A DNA stretch of 64,000 bases, from the NCBI GenBank assembly GCA_018711265.1, contig DVIM01000026.1, forward strand, positions 13,592 to 77,591. The letters are read 5' to 3'. The stretch is from Candidatus Spyradocola merdavium (lineage in GTDB: Bacteria > Bacillota > Clostridia > Christensenellales > UBA1750). Below the pieces are notes generated by a model. The model was given only the letters and a program-made list of their open reading frames with translations, made no database searches and was not told the DNA's origin. Position 1 is the stretch's first letter. Each line of letters begins with the position of its first letter. Shown piece after piece: positions 35,317 through 44,170 of this stretch. The position numbers and the translations under genes were made by a program.

Positions 35317-35369
35317 AAGAACCGTACTCCTATTGCCAATTCAAAACTCTTCCAGCCCGCCGCATGCGC

Positions 35370-36116
35370 TCATGCAAACCGGGAACTGATGAACTGCTCC
35401 GTGTGCAGGTGCTGCGGGTGGTAGAACAGGTCGCTCGTGCGGCCCCACTCGAGCACCGTGCCGTCCTCCATCATGGCCGTCTCCTCCGCGATGCGGCCCG
35501 CCATCTGGGGCGAGTGCACGGCCACGACCATCGTGCACTCCTTGCGCAGGGAGAAGAGCATGTCCTCCACCTTGATGCTGGTCATGGCGTCCAGCAGGCG
35601 CGTGGGCTCGTCCAGCAGCAGCAGGCCCGGCCGCAGCGCGAGCGCCCGCGCGATGCACGTCAGCTGCGCCTGGCCGCGCGTCAGGCGCGAGGAGTCCGTG
35701 TAGAGCATGTCGCGGAACTCCTTGTAGATCTCCATGCGGCGCAGCGTCTCCTCCGCGCGCTCCTCGAGGGCCTGCTTTTTGCGGATGCCCTGCAGGCGCA
35801 GCCCGGCGGTGATGTTGTGCAGCACCGTGCCCGCAAAGAGGACGGGCTCGGTGAAGACCATGCCCACGCGCCTGCGCAGGTCGTTGGGCTCCTGCATGAA
35901 GATGGAGCTGTTGTCCAGCATGATGCGGCCGCTGACCACGCAGCCGCGCTGCTCGGCCATGCGGTTGATCACGCGCAGGAAGGTGGACTTTCCGCTCCCG
36001 GTCTTGCCCATCAGGGCGAGCACGTGCCCGGCCTGCGCCGTCACCGCCACGTCGTGCAGGACGACCTTGTCCTCCAGCGTCGCGTTGAGATCCTCTACCA
36101 CCAGTTGTATCGGCAA
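35370..36116 (-). CDS. pstB: PstB-like ABC ATPase with atypical Q-loop and signature motifs
   Basis: TTG 36116 has a GGGGAGGAAG RBS and overlaps the pstA stop. Walker A GKTGSGKST, Walker B LLLLDEP, PstB-type tail FISSRFA. The Q-loop reads VGMVFTEP and the signature reads LTRGQ. Confidence 0.8.
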   Translation of the reverse strand: MPIQLVVEDLNATLEDKVVLHDVAVTAQAGHVLALMGKTGSGKSTFLRVINRMAEQRGCVVSGRIMLDNSSIFMQEPNDLRRRVGMVFTEPVLFAGTVLHNITAGLRLQGIRKKQALEERAEETLRRMEIYKEFRDMLYTDSSRLTRGQAQLTCIARALALRPGLLLLDEPTRLLDAMTSIKVEDMLFSLRKECTMVVAVHSPQMAGRIAEETAMMEDGTVLEWGRTSDLFYHPQHLHTEQFISSRFA

Positions 36117-36889
36117 TTGGCTTCCTCCCCTTCGCTTCTCCACCGGCGCGTGGTCGTCAGGCGCAGCAGGATCATCAGCGCCGCAAGGCCGAAGGCCAGC
36201 ACCGCCGCGTCCTCCCGGCCGAGCCAGGCCAGGCGGAACAGTTCCGTGGCCAGCACCTGGTCCGGCATCACCGCGCCCATGAGCGTGAGCAGCGCCGTCG
36301 CCTCGCACAGGATGCGCTCCACCAGGCGCAGGCTCGCCCGAACGATCTGCGGCAGGGCCTGCGGCAGCACCACGAGGCCCAGCACCGCCATGCGCCGCCC
36401 GCCCAGGGCCTCCCCGGCCATGCGGTACTTTTCCGGCACGGCGCGCAGCGCCGCGTCCACGCGCGAAATCATAAAGGGCAAACACATCACCGTCAGCAGG
36501 GCCGCCATGGACCAGATGCTGCCGTGCGCCTGCGCATTGCCGCTGATGAGCCAGTTCCCCAGCAACCCCACCAGCACCGCGGGCACGCGCGACAGGCCCT
36601 TGAGGAAGCGCTGCACCCTGCCCAGCGCCAATCCGTGCAGGTATTCGTACATCCACAGCGTGATCAGCAGGGAGATGGGCAGCACCAGCGCCAGCACCAG
36701 CAGCAGCACCTGCAGGGTCTTGGCGATCACCGCCTCGATCCCCGGCAGAACGCCCCAGGACCGCAGCAGCGCCGTGACCGCGTCAAACGCCAAGCGCAGG
36801 AGCGGCAGCGCCAGCATGGCCACCGCGCCCAGCGCAAGGAGAATGGTCACGGCAAGAAAAATGTTATTGCGCAGCTTTCTTTTTTCCAT
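36095..36889 (-). CDS. pstA: phosphate ABC transporter permease, PstA-like
   Basis: 264-aa polytopic protein with an EAA-type loop (MAGEALGGRRMAVLGLVVLPQALP). Confidence 0.8.
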   Translation of the reverse strand: MEKRKLRNNIFLAVTILLALGAVAMLALPLLRLAFDAVTALLRSWGVLPGIEAVIAKTLQVLLLVLALVLPISLLITLWMYEYLHGLALGRVQRFLKGLSRVPAVLVGLLGNWLISGNAQAHGSIWSMAALLTVMCLPFMISRVDAALRAVPEKYRMAGEALGGRRMAVLGLVVLPQALPQIVRASLRLVERILCEATALLTLMGAVMPDQVLATELFRLAWLGREDAAVLAFGLAALMILLRLTTTRRWRSEGEEANCRYNWW

Positions 36890-37676
36890 GCCTGCCTCCC
36901 TCCAAGCTGAACGAGATCACCGCATTGACGAGCACGATCAGCGCCGTCAGGAGCGCGGCCAGCAGGATCGCGTAGCGCGCGCTTCCGGGCACGCCCGTAA
37001 CGCCCGCGGTCTGCATCAGCGCCGTGACCAGCGTATCCTCTCCCCCGCCGTAGGCGGACAGGACCAACAAAATGGCAACGCCCTCGCCCATGCACCGGGA
37101 CATCATCCGCAGCGCGACGCTCAGGTAGCTGCGCCGGGCCAGGGGAAAGACCGTATGCAGAATCGTCTCATAGATATACGCGCCCATGGCCTGCGCAGCC
37201 TCCACAGCCGGGTAGTGCTGCTCGTTGATCTGGGTCAGCTCCAGCGTGTGGCGCATCAGGCTCATGAGGATGAGCGTGACCGTAACCCCCCACCACGCCG
37301 AGGGAATCACCGGCACAAAGTACCGCAGCGAGAGATAGCCAAAGACCACCGCCGGGATCGCCGAAACGCCCGAAACCGCGCTGCGCGCCGCGTGCAGCCA
37401 CCGGGGCTTGAGCAGAAAGGCGATCCCCGCCGCCAGCGCCCAGGCCAGCGGAAACGAAAGGGCCACCGCCGCCGCGGCCGTGGACACCGTAAAACCCGTC
37501 AGCCGCAGCCCCTGCGGCACAAGGGACCACACGCTCTGCAGGACGTCGCCCGCCGAAGCCCGTTCCATCAGGAGAATCCCCAGCAGAAAGACCAGCGCGC
37601 ATCCCGTCAGCAAAAAGGCGAACGTCCCGCCCAACCACGCGCCAAAGCGCATCAAGTTTTCCCATGCTCTCTTCAT
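36864..37676 (-). CDS. pstC: phosphate ABC transporter permease, PstC-like
   Basis: Polytopic protein with the EAA loop EAAQAMGAYIYETILHTVFPLARR. ATG 37676 has a GGAGGG RBS. Confidence 0.8.
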   Translation of the reverse strand: MKRAWENLMRFGAWLGGTFAFLLTGCALVFLLGILLMERASAGDVLQSVWSLVPQGLRLTGFTVSTAAAAVALSFPLAWALAAGIAFLLKPRWLHAARSAVSGVSAIPAVVFGYLSLRYFVPVIPSAWWGVTVTLILMSLMRHTLELTQINEQHYPAVEAAQAMGAYIYETILHTVFPLARRSYLSVALRMMSRCMGEGVAILLVLSAYGGGEDTLVTALMQTAGVTGVPGSARYAILLAALLTALIVLVNAVISFSLEGGRHGKKKAAQ

Positions 37677-37723
37677 GCGCCCTCCGACCTCGCGGCCCAA
37701 GTCGGCCGCATTGTTTACATTTT

Positions 37724-37752
37724 ATTGTATAAAAAATTGGTCGTTTTCACAA
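37724..37752 (-). promoter_or_regulatory. sigmaA-type promoter for pstCAB-phoU, TTGTGA-17 nt-TACAAT
   Basis: Read directly on the minus strand. No convincing PhoP-box repeats were found. Confidence 0.5.
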
Positions 37753-37800
37753 CCGGCCAAAGGTTAAATATGGGCTAAATCGTTCCAGTCCATGTGACAG

Positions 37801-37836
37801 ACAGCAAAGGAGCGGTCCACATTGTGGAACCGCTCC
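37801..37836 (-). terminator. hairpin after phoR with a weak U tract
   Basis: GGAGCGGTTCCACA-atg-TGGACCGCTCC followed by TTTGCTGTC. Confidence 0.5.
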
Positions 37837-37845
37837 CAACATTCG

Positions 37846-39561
37846 TCACGAAGAGGCATCTTCCCTGGCGTAGGGCAAAGTCACGGTGAACTCCGTGCCC
37901 ACGTTCAGCTCCGACTGCACGGTGATCTCGCCGTTCATGTCCATGACGATGTGCTTGACGATGGCCAGGCCCAGGCCCGTTCCGCCCATGTTGCGGCTAC
38001 GGCCCTTGTCCACCCGGTAGAAGCGCTCAAACAGGCGCGGGATGTGCTCCTGCGCGATGCCGATGCCCGTATCCTTGACGTGCAGGAGCACGTCTCTGCC
38101 CCTGCGCTCCACGCGCACGCGCACCTTGCCCCCGTCGAGCGTGTACTTGATGGCGTTGTCGATGAGGTTGATGAGCAGCTGCTTGACGTGGTCGTCGTTG
38201 GCCTGGATGAAGGTGTCGTCCCCGGCGTCCACGGTGAGCTCGATGTTCTTCTGCTTGGCGCTGTTCTCCAGCATAAGGCAGACGTCCTCGGCGCGCTGGC
38301 CCAGGCTCAGGCGCTCGGTCGGCACGCGCACGCGCCCGTTCTCCATGGAGGAGAGGGAGAGCACGTCGTTGATCAGGCGGGAGAGGCGGTCCGTCTCCAT
38401 GGAGATGATGTCCAGGAAGCGCTTGGCCATCTCGGGGTTTTCGATGGCGCCGGCCTGCAGCGTCTCGACAAAGCCCTTGATCGAGGTCAGCGGCGTCTTG
38501 AGCTCGTGGGTGACGTTTGCGGCAAAGTCCGTGCGGATCTGCTCGAGGTTGCGGATCTCGGTGATGTCCTCCAGCAGGGCCACGGCGCCGATGGATTCGT
38601 TTTCATGCTCCAGGGGCGAGATGTAGAGGCGGATGAGGCGGTGCCGGGGCGCCGCGCGCACGGGTAGCTCGAGCGTGATGAGCTCCTCGTGCTCCATGGC
38701 CTCCTGCAGGATCGTCTCCAGGCGGGAGTTGCCGGTGGCCTCGAGCACGTGCTTGCCCTCGACGCTGCCGGTGACGCCCAGCATGTGCTTGGCGGCGTTG
38801 TTCATCTGGACCACGTGCAGCTGGCCGTCCACGGCGATGAGGCCGTTGAGCATGTGGTCGATGATGGATTCCAGCTCTGCGCTCTTGTGCTGCAGCTTTT
38901 CCACGGTCTCCTGCAGGCGCGTGTTCATGGACTGCAGGGTGCGCAGGAGCTGGTTGAGCTCCGCATAGCCGTCGATGCGGAGGTTGACGTTGTAGTTTCC
39001 GTCGATGATGGCCTGTGCCGCCTTGGAGATCTGGTTGATCGGGGTGACGATGCGCCTGGCCAGCGCAAAGGAGAGGTAGATGCACACCACGAGCACCAGC
39101 ATCATCAGCGCGGCGAACAGCCCCCAGTTCCCGTGGCGGAAGACCACCTGGCTGCGCGTGATGCGCAGGATCGTCCCGTCATCGTCCAGGACGGATACGG
39201 CGATCTGCATCTGCGCCAGCCGCCCCTGGAAGGAGATCTCCGTGCCCGTCCCATTGGCAAGAGCGGTCACGACATCGGGCTGGTCCAGGTAATAGCCCAC
39301 CTGGCCGCTGGTGTCGTAGAGGATCTCCCCGCTGCGGTCCATGCGGGTCACCCGCGCGTTCATGAGCGCCGCAACGCGGTTCAGCGCGGCCTCGTCCTGT
39401 GCGGAGGCCGCGGCATAGCGCGCCGCGTTGAGCAGCTGCTCCTGAAGGATGCCCTGCTCCTCCTGCATGGTAATGCGCATCGAGAAAAAGGAGGCAAGCG
39501 CCACCACCAACAAAACCAGCGCGGACGCCGTCAGGACGATCCGCTGGTGCATGGATTTCAC
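37846..39561 (-). CDS. phoR: PhoR-like sensor histidine kinase (two TM segments, HAMP, PAS, HisKA, HATPase_c)
   Basis: H-box FAANVTHELKTPLTSI. N and G boxes (LINLIDNAIKYT, DTGIGI, GGTGLGLAIV). Confidence 0.88.
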   Translation of the reverse strand: MKSMHQRIVLTASALVLLVVALASFFSMRITMQEEQGILQEQLLNAARYAAASAQDEAALNRVAALMNARVTRMDRSGEILYDTSGQVGYYLDQPDVVTALANGTGTEISFQGRLAQMQIAVSVLDDDGTILRITRSQVVFRHGNWGLFAALMMLVLVVCIYLSFALARRIVTPINQISKAAQAIIDGNYNVNLRIDGYAELNQLLRTLQSMNTRLQETVEKLQHKSAELESIIDHMLNGLIAVDGQLHVVQMNNAAKHMLGVTGSVEGKHVLEATGNSRLETILQEAMEHEELITLELPVRAAPRHRLIRLYISPLEHENESIGAVALLEDITEIRNLEQIRTDFAANVTHELKTPLTSIKGFVETLQAGAIENPEMAKRFLDIISMETDRLSRLINDVLSLSSMENGRVRVPTERLSLGQRAEDVCLMLENSAKQKNIELTVDAGDDTFIQANDDHVKQLLINLIDNAIKYTLDGGKVRVRVERRGRDVLLHVKDTGIGIAQEHIPRLFERFYRVDKGRSRNMGGTGLGLAIVKHIVMDMNGEITVQSELNVGTEFTVTLPYAREDASS

Positions 39562-40256
39562 GCTTCCTGCTCTCTGTCAACGAAGCGGTAGCCCACGCCT
39601 CTGACGGTTTCGATATAGGGCTCCTCGCCCAGCTTCTGGCGCAGGTGGCGGATGTGGACGTCGACCGTGCGCGTTTCGCCGTAGTACTCATAGCCCCAGA
39701 TGCGGTCCAGCAGGAAGTCGCGGGTGAGCACCTTGCCGCGGCTGAGGACCAGCACCTTGAGGAGCTCGAACTCCTTGAGGGTGAGGGAGAGCTTTTCGCC
39801 GCCCTTGAACGCCTCGTAGTTCGTGATGTCGATCATGATGTCGCCGGAGCGCAGGGTCTGCGGCTCGCTCTCCTGCTGGGGCGCGACGCGGCGCAAGAGG
39901 GACTTGACGCGCGCGGCAAGCTCGCGCACGGAGAAGGGCTTGGTGATGTAGTCGTCCGCGCCGAGCTCCAGGCCGAGGATCTTGTCCACCTCGTCTCCCC
40001 TTGCGGTGAGCATGATGATCGGGATGTTGCTGGTCATGCGGTCGCCCTTGAGGCGCCGGCAGACCTCCAGGCCGTCGATGCCGGGCAGCATGATGTCCAG
40101 CAGCACAAGGGACGGGCGCTCCACCTCGCAGCGCTTGAGCGCCTCTTCCCCGGTCAGGGCCGTGACCACGTGGTATCCGGCCGCCTTCAGGTTAAAAGAG
40201 ATCAATTCCAGAATATGGACCTCATCATCCACTGCCAAGATGGTATCACTGGGCAT
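39558..40256 (-). CDS. phoP: OmpR/PhoB-family response regulator
   Basis: Receiver domain (ILAVDDE..LLDIMLPGIDG) plus a winged helix (..TVRGVGYRF). 4-nt overlap with phoR. Confidence 0.9.
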   Translation of the reverse strand: MPSDTILAVDDEVHILELISFNLKAAGYHVVTALTGEEALKRCEVERPSLVLLDIMLPGIDGLEVCRRLKGDRMTSNIPIIMLTARGDEVDKILGLELGADDYITKPFSVRELAARVKSLLRRVAPQQESEPQTLRSGDIMIDITNYEAFKGGEKLSLTLKEFELLKVLVLSRGKVLTRDFLLDRIWGYEYYGETRTVDVHIRHLRQKLGEEPYIETVRGVGYRFVDREQEA

Positions 40257-40323
40257 GTGTAAAATACCTCCTTTACGTCATTCGTGCAAATCCAAGCGGA
40301 AGGGGATGGGGGGGGAAGGGCCG

Positions 40324-40785
40324 TCACTCCTTGGGCGTGCTCAGCAGGGACTTCAGTTCCTCCATGAAGGTGTTGATGTCGCAGAAGGAGCGGTAGACCG
40401 ACGCAAAGCGGACATAGGCCACTTCGTCCAGGTTCCGCAGGCGTTCCATGACCATCTCCCCAATGCGGGACGAGGAAACCTCCCTCTCCAAGGAGTTGTA
40501 GATCTGCTGTTCGACGTCGCGCACGAGCGCGTCGACGTCGCCCATGGCCACCGGCCGCTTTTCGCAGGCCTTGATGAGGCCGCGGCGGATCTTGTCCGCG
40601 TCAAAGGCCTCCCGGGAACCGTCTTTTTTGATCACCATGATCTGCACGTTCTCGATTTTCTCATACGTTGTGAACCTGCGCCCGCAGTTGACGCACTCGC
40701 GCCGCCGGCGGATGGCCAGGCCCTCGTCGGTGGGGCGGGAATCGATCACGCGGCTCTCGGTGGAATTGCAGTACATGCACTTCAT
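40324..40785 (-). CDS. nrdR: transcriptional repressor NrdR
   Basis: MKCMYCNSTESRVIDSRP..CVNCGRRFTTYE zinc ribbon plus an ATP-cone. ATG 40785 has a GAGGTG RBS. Confidence 0.93.
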   Translation of the reverse strand: MKCMYCNSTESRVIDSRPTDEGLAIRRRRECVNCGRRFTTYEKIENVQIMVIKKDGSREAFDADKIRRGLIKACEKRPVAMGDVDALVRDVEQQIYNSLEREVSSSRIGEMVMERLRNLDEVAYVRFASVYRSFCDINTFMEELKSLLSTPKE

Positions 40786-40869
40786 TGAACCCTTCACCTC
40801 GCTGGCGGCCCTCTGCCCGCTTCAAAAAACGGGCGCAACCAAACGAACGGTCATTCGCCGCCGTCTACT

Positions 40870-40898
40870 ATTATATCTCTTTTTTCATCCACCGTAAA
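40870..40898 (-). promoter_or_regulatory. sigmaA promoter for nrdR, TTTACG-17 nt-TATAAT
   Basis: Read directly on the minus strand. Confidence 0.55.
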
Positions 40899-40989
40899 CC
40901 CTTTTGCGCTAAGTTCGTTAATTTTTTTAAGTTGGCGTGAAGAATCCCCATCATATCCGCGCGCAGTGCCCAAATTTGTAAGATCGTAT

Positions 40990-41244
40990 TTACATTTTAG
41001 GATCGCTCTCGCGCGGCCCGCCCGGCAGGTTGACCAGGATCACGTCCTCGCCCATCATGACCACCGCGCCCCAGGGGATGACCACGCCTTCGCCCTTGAA
41101 CATGCCTGCAAAGGAAAAGGGCGCGGGCGTGATCAGGGCCAGGATCCGCCCGTCGGGCGAGAGGTCCAGGTCGCAGACGTTCCCCAGGCGCGCGCCGTCG
41201 CAGGTGTTGATGATCTCCTTCTGTTTGAGCTGTGCATAGGTCAT
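40990..41244 (-). CDS. ylmC: YlmC/YmxH family sporulation protein (PRC-barrel)
   Basis: MTYAQLKQKEIINTCDGARLGNVCDLDL..GRILALI is the family pattern. GGAGGAG RBS upstream of ATG 41244. Confidence 0.85.
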   Translation of the reverse strand: MTYAQLKQKEIINTCDGARLGNVCDLDLSPDGRILALITPAPFSFAGMFKGEGVVIPWGAVVMMGEDVILVNLPGGPRESDPKM

Positions 41245-41309
41245 TGTGCGCTCCTCCTTCTTCGCCGAATCCGAAAAAACGCTCGCACCCCATCCGTATG
41301 CCGCGCCCG

Positions 41310-41353
41310 AAAAAAACATGCGCCCCCTGCGCAGGAACCTTGCGCAAGGGGCG
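41310..41353 (-). terminator. intrinsic terminator of sigG
   Basis: Minus strand: CGCCCCTTGCGCA..TGCGCAGGGGGCG followed by catgTTTTTTT. Confidence 0.8.
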
Positions 41354-41362
41354 TGACGATCT

Positions 41363-42136
41363 TCAAACGTATTTCTTCATGTGCGCCAGGGCCGTCTTTT
41401 CCAATCGGGAGACCTGCGCCTGGGAGATGCCGATCTCCTCGGCGACCTCCATCTGCGTTCTGCCCCCGAAGAAGCGCATCTGCACGATCTTGCGCTCGCG
41501 CTCGTTCAGGTGGTCCATGGCGTTCTTCAGGGCGATGTTCCGCGTCCACTCCTCCTCGCCGCCGCGCTCGTCGCGGATCTGGTCCATGACGTAGAGCGCG
41601 TCGCCGTTGTCGTGGTAGATCGGTTCGTTGAGGGACATGGGCTCCTGGATGGCGTCCAGGGCGAGGACCACGTCCTCCTCCTTGGCGTCCAGGGCCTTGG
41701 CGATCTCGGCGACCGTCGGGTCGCGCCCCAGGTCCACGCTGAGCTTCTCCCGCGCCTGCATGGCCTTGTAGGCGATGTCCCGCAGCGAACGGCTGACGCG
41801 GATGGCGTTGTTGTCGCGCAGATAGCGGCGGATCTCGCCGATGATCATGGGCACGGCATAGGTCGAAAAGCGCACGCCCAGCGTCGTGTCGAAGTTGTCG
41901 ATGGATTTCATCAGGCCGATGCACCCCACCTGGAATAGGTCGTCCATCATCTCGCCCCGGCCGGCAAAGCGCTGCACCACCGACAGCACGAGCCGGAGGT
42001 TTCCGCCCACGAACTCGTCGCGCGCGCTCTTGTCGCCCGCGGCAATGCGCGCAAAGAGCGCCTGCATCTGCGCATTCGTCAGGACCGGCAGCTTCGAGGT
42101 GTCCACGCCGCAAAGATCCACTTTGTTCAGTGCCAT
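41363..42136 (-). CDS. sigG: sporulation sigma factor SigG
   Basis: MALNKVDLCGVDTSKLPVLTNAQM..GNLRLVLSVVQRF closely parallels the SigG N-terminus. GGAGGGAAAG RBS. Confidence 0.93.
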   Translation of the reverse strand: MALNKVDLCGVDTSKLPVLTNAQMQALFARIAAGDKSARDEFVGGNLRLVLSVVQRFAGRGEMMDDLFQVGCIGLMKSIDNFDTTLGVRFSTYAVPMIIGEIRRYLRDNNAIRVSRSLRDIAYKAMQAREKLSVDLGRDPTVAEIAKALDAKEEDVVLALDAIQEPMSLNEPIYHDNGDALYVMDQIRDERGGEEEWTRNIALKNAMDHLNERERKIVQMRFFGGRTQMEVAEEIGISQAQVSRLEKTALAHMKKYV

Positions 42137-42204
42137 TCGCTTTCCCTCCGCCTTCTGGATTCCGCGGTCGGCGGCCTGCGCAGCGCCGCCTCCATCGGCA
42201 CTGT

Positions 42205-42233
42205 TATCTTGACCAATCGCCGGATTCTTATGC
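42205..42233 (-). promoter_or_regulatory. forespore-type (sigmaF/sigmaG) promoter candidate for sigG
   Basis: Minus strand: GCATA-14 nt-GGTCAAGATA, resembling the GCATA / GGnnAnAnTA consensus. Confidence 0.5.
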
Positions 42234-42305
42234 GGATTACACAACACATTTTGCGTTTACGGAGGCAAAAATTCCATTTGTATAGAGGAATTTTTTCGAC
42301 GTTTC

Positions 42306-43007
42306 TCACATCTTTGCGCTGATCTCCCCGCGCAGGCGCTTGATGATGCGCTTTTCCAGACGGGAAATGTAGGACTGGGAAATGCCGAGCTCGTCGGCCA
42401 CCTCGCGCTGCGTCCGCTCCTTGCAGCCGTCCAGGCCAAAGCGCATCTGCATGATCTTCTGCTCGCGCGCCGTCAGGCGGGAGATGGCCTCGCGCAGCAG
42501 GGCGCGGTCCGTCTCCCGCTCGAGCTCCCGGCCCACAAGGTCCGGGTCCGTGCCCATCACGTCCGAGAGCAGCAGCTCGTTTCCGTCCCAGTCCACGTTG
42601 AGCGGTTCGTCCAGCGAGACCTCCATGCGCGTGCGGCTGTGGCGCCTTAGGTACATCAGGATCTCGTTCTCGATGCAGCGGGAGGCGTATGTCGCCAGCT
42701 TGATCTTCTTCCCCGCGTCAAACGTGCCCACGGCCTTGATGAGCCCGATCGTCCCGATGGAGATCAGGTCCTCCACGCCCACGCCCGTGTTCTCAAACTT
42801 GCGCGCAATGTACACCACCAGCCGGAGGTTGTGCTCGATGAGCCCCTCCCGCACGCTCTCGTCCCCGTCCCGCAATGCCTGCATGACCTTCTCCTCCTCT
42901 TCCTTGGTAAAGGGCGGCGGCAGGGTCTGGCCGCCGCCGATGTAGTCCACCCGGCCGGAAAGCAGACGCAGCACCTTCCGCCACAGACGTCTCATCGCCT
43001 CTCTCAT
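42306..43007 (-). CDS. sigE: pro-sigma-E (sporulation sigma factor SigE)
   Basis: Pro-sequence [33 protein letters not shown], then sigma70 regions 2-4. The ATG overlaps the spoIIGA stop (ATGA). Confidence 0.93.
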   Translation of the reverse strand: MREAMRRLWRKVLRLLSGRVDYIGGGQTLPPPFTKEEEEKVMQALRDGDESVREGLIEHNLRLVVYIARKFENTGVGVEDLISIGTIGLIKAVGTFDAGKKIKLATYASRCIENEILMYLRRHSRTRMEVSLDEPLNVDWDGNELLLSDVMGTDPDLVGRELERETDRALLREAISRLTAREQKIMQMRFGLDGCKERTQREVADELGISQSYISRLEKRIIKRLRGEISAKM

Positions 43008-43762
43008 CGCACACACCTCCCCGGAATCAGCGCCTGTCCCTCCTCGGACAGCGCGCCGTCGTACACCGCGATGTAGGCCTCGACCTCGCGGCCGTCCACC
43101 CGCACCGCGTCCGCCGCAAAGGCCGGCAGAATCCCGCTCCCCCCGACGGAGGTAAACGGCACCGGCCGGGGCCTTCGCCCCGCCTCCAGGCCCTGCAGCG
43201 CGCGCCGCTCCACAACGATCACCGGCAGGTTGCTCACCGGCTCCACGAGCACGTTGCCCGTGTCCACCACCGCCGGCAGGCTCACGCGCCGGCCGCCCGC
43301 GCGCACGGTCAGCAGCGCCGTCGGGCTCCCCGGCCCGCGCTCCTTCCGGCGCGAGAGCACGAGGAGCGCCGCCCCGCCCAGGACCGCCGTGACCGCGGCC
43401 GCGCCCGGGCCGTAGCCCGAGGCCCCGAGCAGGTAGAGCACCCCCGCGCCCGTCCCGCCCAGCAGCAGCGTCGCCACCCACACGAACGCAAAGACGCGCA
43501 GCGTCCGCTTCCAGCAGGAGACGCGCGGCCCCGCGCAGAGCAGCAGCGTCATCCCCGCGCAGACCGCGGTCCGCGGGAGCAGCCCGAGCAGGAACCGCCC
43601 CCAGGGCAGGTACGCGGCCACCGCATAGGCGCAGCCCAGCGCGGCCGCGGCGAGCACGCGCCCCTTGCCCGTGCGGATGCCCGCAAGGCGCGCCGCCAGG
43701 AGCAGCGTCAGCGCGTTCATGCCCAGGTTCTGCGCCACAAACCACTCGATGCTCACCGTCAT
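43004..43762 (-). CDS. spoIIGA: sigma-E processing peptidase SpoIIGA
   Basis: Five hydrophobic segments, then [12 protein letters not shown] (aspartic protease DTGN motif). The start at 43762 is chosen after the upstream terminator. Confidence 0.88.
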   Translation of the reverse strand: MTVSIEWFVAQNLGMNALTLLLAARLAGIRTGKGRVLAAAALGCAYAVAAYLPWGRFLLGLLPRTAVCAGMTLLLCAGPRVSCWKRTLRVFAFVWVATLLLGGTGAGVLYLLGASGYGPGAAAVTAVLGGAALLVLSRRKERGPGSPTALLTVRAGGRRVSLPAVVDTGNVLVEPVSNLPVIVVERRALQGLEAGRRPRPVPFTSVGGSGILPAFAADAVRVDGREVEAYIAVYDGALSEEGQALIPGRCVR

Positions 43763-43869
43763 TCCCACGCCGCCCCCCTCCCGCGCTCCCGTCGGATCTC
43801 CTTCACTATACCGTTCCCGCCCCGCGCTTTTTGTTGTTCCCGCGTGCGGATGCTTGTCGTGCGGCCTCC

Positions 43870-43913
43870 AAAAAGGCGCAAAAAACCGCCCGCGCAGAAC
43901 CCTGCGCAGGCGG
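43870..43913 (-). terminator. intrinsic terminator between the BlaR1-like gene and spoIIGA
   Basis: Minus strand: CCGCCTGCGCAG-ggtt-CTGCGCGGGCGG followed by TTTTTTGCGCCTTTTT. Confidence 0.8.
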
Positions 43914-44082
43914 TCAGGCGGTCGAAAAATTGTCCTGCCGCTTTCGGGGATGTGAAAGGGGGTTGCAATCCGCAGCGGTGGTGTGTACGCCTTCAAAGGG
44001 AGCGCGCCCCTTTCGGCCGAGCGTTTGGTCCACAGGCCCATAGGCCGGCCGGAACCCCGAGCCGCCGCTGGCGGTTCGGGGT

Positions 44083-44121
44083 GAATAGGGAAGGCGGGCC
44101 GAATGCCCGCCTTCCCTATTC
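44083..44121. other. perfect 17-bp-stem palindromic hairpin with no U tract on either strand
   Basis: gaatagggaaggcgggc-cgaat-gcccgccttccctattc, 50 nt after the BlaR1-like stop. Confidence 0.7.
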
Positions 44122-44170
44122 GACGCATTGTGCGCGCGGCGTGCCGGCTTTGTCAACGCGCCGCCGGCCT

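Noticed and set aside
44083-44121. The perfect 17-bp palindrome as a MITE or IS terminal structure marking insertion of the blaI/blaR1 module
   Set aside because: No second copy, no matching inverted repeat at the other end of the module, no target-site duplication and no transposase gene were seen.
43920-44125. Spo0A-box-like heptamers: GGTCGAA at 43920-43926 and TTCGACG at 44119-44125
   Set aside because: Each has one mismatch to TGTCGAA. Both lie upstream of the terminator at 43870-43913 rather than in the ~100 nt available for the spoIIGA promoter. Chance occurrence is likely.
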